Source: Dehalococcoidia bacterium (GTDB taxonomy: Bacteria; Chloroflexota; Dehalococcoidia; Dehalococcoidales; W111). Taken from it: a DNA stretch of 64,000 nt. Positions within the stretch are counted from its first letter, which is position 1. The number at the start of each line of letters is the position of its first letter. Shown here piece after piece: positions 10,362 through 16,960 of this stretch. Location of the stretch: positions 6,424 through 70,423 of the forward strand of contig DUEU01000069.1 of assembly GCA_011191985.1 (NCBI GenBank). Reading direction: 5' to 3'. The position numbers and the translations under genes are program-made. The notes beneath the pieces were generated by a model, which saw only the letters and a program-made list of their open reading frames with translations, did no database searches and had not been told where the DNA came from.

Positions 10362-10550
10362 TCACTTTTTATTATTCGCCAGCGCGGCGAGGGTTGCGTT
10401 CAGTTGCGAGTCGTCCCAGGGAAGTGGTGCCCTGGGCTTTACATCTATCCACTGCCAGTTGGACAAACTGTGACCTAATTGTCTTTCTAGGTCTTTTTTG
10501 AACTCGTACCAAGTAGTATACCGCGTCGGCCTAGTTCTCACTTTCGGCAT
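10362..10550 (-). CDS. Small hypothetical protein (62 aa)
   Basis: ORF 10362-10559. ATG at 10550 (MPKVRTRP...) is preceded by GAGGTG with a 6-nt spacer. No recognisable family. Confidence 0.4.
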   Translation of the reverse strand: MPKVRTRPTRYTTWYEFKKDLERQLGHSLSNWQWIDVKPRAPLPWDDSQLNATLAALANNKK

Positions 10551-10613
10551 GCCACTCACCTCAGCCTTATTTCAACCTTTTCGGTATCCACACCGATAGT
10601 GCCGGAGACGGTG

Positions 10614-10817
10614 CTAAGGTTTATCCTCAGGGGGAGCGTCTTTCTCCGATTGGGACAGTGCTTCTACGGAATTGGCCTTATCCACCAGGTTGTAGCGGTA
10701 AGAGCACTCGACGCACTCTGCATACCAGCTCTCCAGGTCGGTGTAAAAGAACATTTTCCCCCCACATTTGGGACATTGCCTTGACTTTGGCATTTCCAAA
10801 TCAATCACCACCCTCAT
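10614..10817 (-). CDS. Small zinc-ribbon protein (CPKCGG...CVEC)
   Basis: 67-aa ORF with two CxxC pairs and no convincing RBS of its own. It lies in the same frame as the upstream ORF 10824-11075, separated only by TGA plus 2 codons. Confidence 0.4.
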   Translation of the reverse strand: MRVVIDLEMPKSRQCPKCGGKMFFYTDLESWYAECVECSYRYNLVDKANSVEALSQSEKDAPPEDKP

Positions 10818-10823
10818 CCATGT

Positions 10824-11075
10824 TCAACCCTGGCCATATCTCAGATATCCCCTGGCTACGATAATAGCCCAAAAGGAACATACCAGAAGCCGGATTCGCT
10901 GTCTTGGGCTCAACGGCGGTGGTGGCAAACAAGACGCAAGAAGGGAACTAATATGTTCTTCTATTAAACAGGTATCCGTTTCACCGGCTTCTCTACCGCG
11001 TCTGGCCAGCCATTCGTCTATCTCCATTACTATCAATTTACTTTCTTGTATTTGTTCATTCTCCGGCACAGTCAC
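10824..11075 (-). CDS. Small hypothetical protein with a weak sigma-70 region-4-like LSPRQR motif
   Basis: 83-aa ORF with a GTG start preceded by AAGGAAG. It ends at a TGA that is in frame with the downstream zinc-ribbon ORF. Confidence 0.35.
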   Translation of the reverse strand: MTVPENEQIQESKLIVMEIDEWLARRGREAGETDTCLIEEHISSLLASCLPPPPLSPRQRIRLLVCSFWAIIVARGYLRYGQG

Positions 11076-11360
11076 GCTTCCTTACGGCCTCGATACAACA
11101 GCCTTCTTACCCCTCGAACCGGCAGCCGTTCTATACCAACCCGGACGGAGAGGGAATAAACTTACCTTTCTCAACCAATCTAATCGTAACCCATCAATAA
11201 CCAATATAAAATAGCCCGAATGGGTGATATGCGGCATTTTCCAAAGAAAGGAGGATATTCCTCGAGGTAATTGATGGCAATGGCTGTCCCCCGGCTTACC
11301 AGAGACCTCGATTGCTACCTGGCAGCCGGGTAACTTTGTGGCACCGCTACCAATCAGGGA

Positions 11361-11678
11361 CTAGGACAGTATGCTTAACAGCACGTAACCATTATACAGG
11401 CACAATCCGAATATCCCCAGATTGAGCACCACAAGCCATTTATTCTTGCGGAGATAGACCAGCATAACGCCGATAATCACGGCCAGCAGCATCTTGTTGA
11501 TAGCCATGGCTATCCAGGTGCCGGTCAACTGGTACAACAGACCTATTTCCACCGCTCCGGCCCGTGTGGCCAGTATTGAGATAGTTATATCCAGGATATT
11601 AAAGGTCAGCCACACGGAGAACAGGGCCCAGGATACCAGCGTATTAAACCTGCCCGTCGCCCTAGCCTGTAATACCAC
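11361..11678 (-). CDS. Small integral membrane protein (3-4 TM helices, DUF5658-like)
   Basis: 105-aa hydrophobic ORF. The start is uncertain (GTG 11678 has no well-placed RBS). Confidence 0.5.
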   Translation of the reverse strand: MVLQARATGRFNTLVSWALFSVWLTFNILDITISILATRAGAVEIGLLYQLTGTWIAMAINKMLLAVIIGVMLVYLRKNKWLVVLNLGIFGLCLYNGYVLLSILS

Positions 11679-11827
11679 TATGCTGCCAGACTACTCCCGA
11701 ATGTCGTAACTGTCAATAAGTAAAGGGTATGAATCTGGTTAGAACTCGGTTGAATATACTGATGAAGACGAAACACCAGCTAAGACCGCTCCCGGAAGCT
11801 GACCTGCCCGGCTCCTGCTAAGACGAG

Positions 11828-12706
11828 TTACATCCCGGCCGCCGCCAGGATATCGGGGACTACTTCTTCACGGCCGATGGCCATGATATGGACACCGTCA
11901 CAAATGGCGTCCTTTTTAAGGGTAGCAATCATCCGCCCCGCAATCTCAATGCCCCGGCTAAGCGCTTCACCCTTGGGGGCCGCCGCTAGCTCATCAATAA
12001 GGTTCTGCGGTACGAAGATACCGGGCACGTTCTCCGTCATGAATTTGGCCATCCGGGCCGAAGATAGCAGGATTATCCCGGCCAGCACCTTGACCGGGAA
12101 CTGGCGAGCGTACTCCATGAACCGGCCGAAGTTGTCCAGATCATAAATACCCTGGGTCTGAAAGAACTCGGCGCCGGCCTCGACCTTCTTCTCGAACTTT
12201 ATAAGCTGAGGCTCGATAGGGTTTGCCTCCGGGGTAACGATGGCTCCAGCACAGAACTCCACAGCGCCATCGAGGTCGTTACCCCCCAGGTCTTTACCCG
12301 TTTCCAGCAGGCGGATAGTCTTCAACAACTGCACCGAATCAAGGTCAAAGACACCCTTAGCTTCCTTGTGGTCGCCTACCGGGACGGCATCACCGGTAAG
12401 ACAGAGGACATTCCTTATCCCCCGGCTGTAGGCCAGCAGCAGTTCCGCCTGAAGCGCCAGGCGGTTACGGTCGCGGCAGGTCATTTGTAAAATGGGCTCG
12501 CCACCCTGTTCCTTAATAGCCAGGCAGCCACCGATGGAGGGAAAGCGCATTACCGAGCTCTGGTGGTCGGTAACATTTATGGCATCTACTTTGTCTTTGA
12601 GAAGGTCAATGTGGTGCCGCAGATTATCCAGGTTGGTCCCCTTGGGCGGCGCCACCTCACTGGTAACCACGAATTTACCGGAGTTAAGGACATCTCTAAA
12701 CACCAT
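11828..12706 (-). CDS. metF: 5,10-methylenetetrahydrofolate reductase, MetF subunit
   Basis: 292 aa with a typical MTHFR TIM-barrel pattern (TSEVAPPKG, INVTDH, CRDRNR, LTGD). RBS GAGGAGG. Confidence 0.9.
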   Translation of the reverse strand: MVFRDVLNSGKFVVTSEVAPPKGTNLDNLRHHIDLLKDKVDAINVTDHQSSVMRFPSIGGCLAIKEQGGEPILQMTCRDRNRLALQAELLLAYSRGIRNVLCLTGDAVPVGDHKEAKGVFDLDSVQLLKTIRLLETGKDLGGNDLDGAVEFCAGAIVTPEANPIEPQLIKFEKKVEAGAEFFQTQGIYDLDNFGRFMEYARQFPVKVLAGIILLSSARMAKFMTENVPGIFVPQNLIDELAAAPKGEALSRGIEIAGRMIATLKKDAICDGVHIMAIGREEVVPDILAAAGM

Positions 12707-12722
12707 TGCCTTGCCTCCTCGC

Positions 12723-13367
12723 TCACGGGATTTTGAGTGTTCTCGGCCTCGGCACTACCTGGTAGTTCCGGGGAGGGAAATAGCGGCGCATAAGGTCGAG
12801 CCGGCCCTGCTCCTTCAGCCGCTGATAGATAAGAGTCCAGGCGCAGTCCTTCTCCTTATCGACTTCACATTTACCGTTGTTGGTGCCGCCGCAGGGACCG
12901 TTCACCAGACCTTTATGGCAGGCGGTGATGGGACAGATAGCGGCGGTCTCACCTAGGACACACTGGCCGCACTGGGCGCAGACCTCATGGAAATAGCCTG
13001 GTGTATCCTCCATAGCTATGAACAGGGTGTCCAGTGCCGGTATAACCGGCCGGTCAAGGTAAAGGCTCAGCCGGTGTACCCCGAGGGCACAGGTCATCAC
13101 CAGGACACAGGCCGCGTTCTCTATCGCCGGGCTGTTTTCCTTCATAACGGCCTCGGTCATTTCGTCACAGGCCGTGGGAATAACTACCTCACCGCTGACC
13201 CGCTTGCCCAGCTCCTGAAGTTTTTCCCTCATCTCGGCCACCTGGTCGACCCCGCCGGTCTTTAGCATGGTGGTACAGGTGCCACAACCAACGATGAAGA
13301 CCCGGTCGAAGTCGGCCAGCTGCTCCTTTATTTCGTCAAACGGTTTCTGCTTTGTTATCGATTTCAT
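12723..13367 (-). CDS. metV: MetV, Cys-rich MTHFR C-terminal-domain protein (FeS/zinc subunit of MetFV)
   Basis: 214 aa with CGTCTT, CAQCGQC and CHKGLVNGPCGGTNNGKCEV..KDCAW, the signature of the MTHFR_C family. It lies 16 nt upstream of metF. Confidence 0.85.
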   Translation of the reverse strand: MKSITKQKPFDEIKEQLADFDRVFIVGCGTCTTMLKTGGVDQVAEMREKLQELGKRVSGEVVIPTACDEMTEAVMKENSPAIENAACVLVMTCALGVHRLSLYLDRPVIPALDTLFIAMEDTPGYFHEVCAQCGQCVLGETAAICPITACHKGLVNGPCGGTNNGKCEVDKEKDCAWTLIYQRLKEQGRLDLMRRYFPPRNYQVVPRPRTLKIP

Positions 13368-13401
13368 CCTATCCCTCCCCCTGAATCAGCAACCCGGGCG
13401 C

Positions 13402-16400
13402 TCATTCTTCCAGGTCACACCTGAGGCACCGCTTCGCCTCCTGAACGGCCACCTCCTCGGAGAAAGGAAGTTCCACTTCGGCAAAGCTCCGCTTCCTTTC
13501 TTGAGTAGGCAGTACCGGTTCCGCCAGCCGCGGCTGCGCCTCCCAGGTCTCCTCCGTTTCGGAAACGGGCGCTTCGGCCACGATACTCGTCTTGAGTTCA
13601 TAGATTTCCACCCGGGAGGTATCACCCTTCAGGTACTTATCTATAGCTATGGCGGCCCTTCTGCCGTCGGCAATAGCCTCTATCACCATACCCGGCCCCC
13701 GGACAAAGTCGCCGCCGGCAAAAACGCCCTCGACATTGGTCGCCAGCTTATTGCTATCAACCACCAGTGTTTCCCACCGGGTGCGCTCCAGGGCGCTGTC
13801 AGCGGGCAGGAAGGAAAGATCAGGCGCCTGGCCCACGGCGGCAATCACGGTATTAGCCGCAACAAAGAAATCAGAGCCTTCTACTGGCACCGGCCGCCGT
13901 CGCCCGCTCTCGTCAGGCTCGCCCAGTTCCATGCGGATAACCTGCAGACCGCTAAGCTGCCAGTTATCGCTGACTACCCGCGTAGGATTGGCCAAAAAAT
14001 TTACCTGGATGCCCTCGGCGACGGCCTGGTCGTATTCCACCTCGGTCACCGGCATTTCCTCCCGCGACCGCCGGTAGTAAATACTGACCTGTTCTGCGCC
14101 GAGTCGCAGGGCGGTACGCGCCGCATCCAGGGCGACATTGCCGCCCCCGATGACGGCCACCCGCTGGCCTACCGGCGCCGTCCGTCCCAGCTTGACATCC
14201 CTGAGGAATCGCAGGCCGTAATAGAACCCGGTAACGTCCTCCAGTTCACCGGGAATCCCCAGCCGCTGACTACGCTGGGCGCCGGCGGCGATAAAGACCG
14301 CCTCGTAACCCTCTTTCTTCAGGTCTTCCACAGTATAATTGACGTTTATTGGGGTATTATATCTTATCTCGACACCCTTCTGGGCTATATAATCAATCTC
14401 CTTATCAATAACCGCACGCGGCAGGCGGAATTCCGGTACCGCTACCGACAGCATACCGCCGCCGATGGGCAGGGCCTCGAATACGGTTGCCGGGTAACCG
14501 GACTTGGCCAGAAAATAGGCGCAGGACAGCCCGGTGGGGCCTGCCCCGACCACGGCCACCCGCTGGCTGTGGACCACGGGGAATGGTTCCGGGTCCTCGG
14601 TGACATTATTGAAGTACCAGTCGGCGGCGTACCGTTTTATGGCCCGTATGGCCACCGGCTCATCCAGTTCGCCGCGCCGACACCGGAACTCGCAGGGATG
14701 ACTACAGATACGGCCACAGATAGCCGGGAATGGGTTACGCTCGCGAATGGTCTCGACTGCCTCCAGCGGTTCACCGGCGGCGACATGAGCGACATACTTG
14801 GGTACATTTATCCCGGCCGGGCAGGTATGTTGACAGGGCGATATCATCAGGGCATCACAGACGGCGGCCGGACACTTCTTTTCCTTTATGTGAGACTCAT
14901 ACTCGTCGCGAAAGTAGTTGATGGTAGAGAGTACCGGATTGGGCGAGGTCTGGCCGAGACCGCATAGCGAGCACTCCTTGACCGTCTTCGCCAGGGTAAG
15001 TAGGGTATCAATATCACTATCACGTCCCTGGCCCTCGGTTATTCTGGTCAGGATTTCTAGCATCTGCCGCGTTCCCAGGCGACAGGGGGAGCACTTGCCG
15101 CAGGACTCGTCCTGAGTAAAGCTCACGAAATAGCGGGCCACCTCGACCATGCAGGTGGCCTCGTCCATCACCACCATGCCGCCGGAGCCCATTATCGAGC
15201 CCAGGCCGGCCAGCGTGTCGTATTCCACCGGCATGTCGATGAAACGGGCCGGTATGCAGCCCCCCGAAGGGCCGCCGGTCTGTATCGCCTTCAACTGCTT
15301 ACCCCGGGGGATGCCACCCCCAATATCGTAGATAATCCGGGATAACGGTGTCCCCATGGGCACCTCGACCAGACCGCTATTGGCAATCTTTCCGGTGAGG
15401 GCAAAGACCACCGTCCCTTTGCTCTTCTCAGTGCCGATACTGGCGAACCAGTCGGCACCCCGTTCAATGATGACCGGGACCGTGGCCAGCGTCTTGACAT
15501 TGTTGATAATAGTGGGGCTTCCGTCCAGGCCCGACTGGGCCGGGAACGGCGGCCGGGGACGGGGAATACCGCGCCGGCTCTCGATGGAAGCAATCAGGGC
15601 CGTCTCCTCACCACAGACAAAGGAACCAGCCCCCTCCTTAATATGCAACCTTAAATTGAAACCGGAACCCATGATGTCTTCACCCAGCAAGCCCCTGTCC
15701 TGGGCTTGGCTGAGGGCAATACCGAGACGGCTCACCGCCAGCGGATACTCGGCCCGGACATAAAAGTAGCCCTCGGCAGCGCCGATGGCATAGGCGGCAA
15801 TGGCCAGCCCTTCGATAACGGCGTGCGGGTCCGACTCCAGGATGGAACGGTCCATGAAGGCCCCGGGGTCGCCTTCGTCGGCATTACAGATCATGTACTT
15901 CGCTGAGCCAGGAGCCTGGCGGCAGAAATCCCACTTTACCCCGGTGGGAAAGCCAGCACCGCCGCGACCGCGCAGTCCGGAACTTTTTATCTCGGCAATG
16001 ACCTGCTCCGGCGTCATCTCAAGAAGAACCTTGCGCAGGGACCGGTAGCCGCCGGCAGTGAGGTACTCCTCGATATTCTCCGGGTTGATGCGGCCGCAAT
16101 TACGCAGGACAATGCGCTCCTGTTTCCGGTAAAAATCAATGTCGGCATAGTGGGGGATAGCCTGGTCAGTCACCGGGTCACGGTAGAAAAGGCGTTCTAC
16201 CGGCACCCCGCCGTCGAGGTGGGAAGCAACAATCTCGGCAGCGTCCTCCGGTTCGACATGGCAGTAGAAGATGCCCTCCGGTTCCACCATAACCGTAGGG
16301 CCGACCTGGCAGAAACCGTGACAGCCGGTGGCCTTTACCTTAACATCCAGACCAAGCCGGGCTATCTCTTCTTCCAGACGCCCCAGAATCAGGTCCGAGC

Positions 16401-16467
16401 CGGGACAGCCGGAAGCACGGCAGACTAGGACTTCGCGCTGCTTTTTTTTAGCCCCTCTCGGCGCCAT
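13402..16467 (-). CDS. Fusion protein joining a HydB/NuoF-type NADH-FMN-FeS module to a GltD/NfnB-type FAD-NAD(P)H module
   Basis: 1021 aa. The N-terminal part has a Trx-like 2Fe-2S domain (CRASGCPG..GCHGFCQVGP), the NuoF core (GRGGAGFPTGVKW, ESCGKCSPCR) and CGLGQ. This is followed by a GltD-like 4Fe-4S region (CQHTCPAG..CGRICSHPCE), an FAD site (VAVVGAGPTGLSCA) and a second dinucleotide site (VAVIGGGNVALDAART). Confidence 0.85.
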   Translation of the reverse strand: MAPRGAKKKQREVLVCRASGCPGSDLILGRLEEEIARLGLDVKVKATGCHGFCQVGPTVMVEPEGIFYCHVEPEDAAEIVASHLDGGVPVERLFYRDPVTDQAIPHYADIDFYRKQERIVLRNCGRINPENIEEYLTAGGYRSLRKVLLEMTPEQVIAEIKSSGLRGRGGAGFPTGVKWDFCRQAPGSAKYMICNADEGDPGAFMDRSILESDPHAVIEGLAIAAYAIGAAEGYFYVRAEYPLAVSRLGIALSQAQDRGLLGEDIMGSGFNLRLHIKEGAGSFVCGEETALIASIESRRGIPRPRPPFPAQSGLDGSPTIINNVKTLATVPVIIERGADWFASIGTEKSKGTVVFALTGKIANSGLVEVPMGTPLSRIIYDIGGGIPRGKQLKAIQTGGPSGGCIPARFIDMPVEYDTLAGLGSIMGSGGMVVMDEATCMVEVARYFVSFTQDESCGKCSPCRLGTRQMLEILTRITEGQGRDSDIDTLLTLAKTVKECSLCGLGQTSPNPVLSTINYFRDEYESHIKEKKCPAAVCDALMISPCQHTCPAGINVPKYVAHVAAGEPLEAVETIRERNPFPAICGRICSHPCEFRCRRGELDEPVAIRAIKRYAADWYFNNVTEDPEPFPVVHSQRVAVVGAGPTGLSCAYFLAKSGYPATVFEALPIGGGMLSVAVPEFRLPRAVIDKEIDYIAQKGVEIRYNTPINVNYTVEDLKKEGYEAVFIAAGAQRSQRLGIPGELEDVTGFYYGLRFLRDVKLGRTAPVGQRVAVIGGGNVALDAARTALRLGAEQVSIYYRRSREEMPVTEVEYDQAVAEGIQVNFLANPTRVVSDNWQLSGLQVIRMELGEPDESGRRRPVPVEGSDFFVAANTVIAAVGQAPDLSFLPADSALERTRWETLVVDSNKLATNVEGVFAGGDFVRGPGMVIEAIADGRRAAIAIDKYLKGDTSRVEIYELKTSIVAEAPVSETEETWEAQPRLAEPVLPTQERKRSFAEVELPFSEEVAVQEAKRCLRCDLEE

Positions 16468-16468
16468 G

Positions 16469-16960
16469 TCACTGCCCCCCGTCGCGATGAAAGACTGCCG
16501 CCACCTTCTTGGGATTCATGTGACCGTAAATGTCCCGGTTGACGACGATATTCGGTGCCAGGGCACAACAGCCGATGCAGGCCACAGTCTCCAGGCTATA
16601 CTCAAAGTCAGGGGTCGTTTCCCCCTCATCAATACCAAGCTGCTGTTTGACCAGTTTTAGGATGGTCTTGCCGCCACGCACGTGACAGGCAGTGCCCCGG
16701 CACACCCGGACGATATTCTTTCCCCGCGGTTCGGTGTAGAACTGGCTGTAGAAAGTAATCACGCCCTGTACTTGGCTGGGGAAAAGGCCCATCGCGCTGG
16801 CAATAGGACCTATCGCCGGCGGTGGAATGAAACCGAATACCCGTTGTATCTCATGGAGGAGAGGGATAAGCGCCCACTGCTGACCCTTATAGTCAGCGAT
16901 AATTTTCTCTATCTGCTCCAGTTCTGGCCCAGTAAGTGCCTTTGCTTCACCCATCAGCAC
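16469..16960 (-). CDS. NuoE/HydC-like 24-kDa-type [2Fe-2S] subunit
   Basis: 163 aa with CRGTACHV ... CIGCCALAP, the thioredoxin-like 2Fe-2S pattern. Its stop lies 1 nt from the downstream ATG, and its start overlaps the upstream gene by 14 nt. Confidence 0.85.
   Translation of the reverse strand: MLMGEAKALTGPELEQIEKIIADYKGQQWALIPLLHEIQRVFGFIPPPAIGPIASAMGLFPSQVQGVITFYSQFYTEPRGKNIVRVCRGTACHVRGGKTILKLVKQQLGIDEGETTPDFEYSLETVACIGCCALAPNIVVNRDIYGHMNPKKVAAVFHRDGGQ

Noticed and set aside
11274-11333. 19-codon ORF (MAMAVPRLTRDLDCYLAAG) after a GGAGGA / GAGGT sequence
   Set aside because: No promoter or conservation evidence is available, and it has no distinctive composition. It cannot be separated from chance.
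13267-14967. Long antisense ORFs: 566 aa at 13267-14967. Also 19800-21155, 23672-24421, 30684-31451, 32857-33612, 42570-43736 and 54359-55123.
   Set aside because: Each lies entirely opposite a gene with clear family motifs. Their translations are Arg/Pro/Gly-rich and low in complexity, with no RBS-supported starts, which is typical of shadow ORFs in GC-rich coding DNA.
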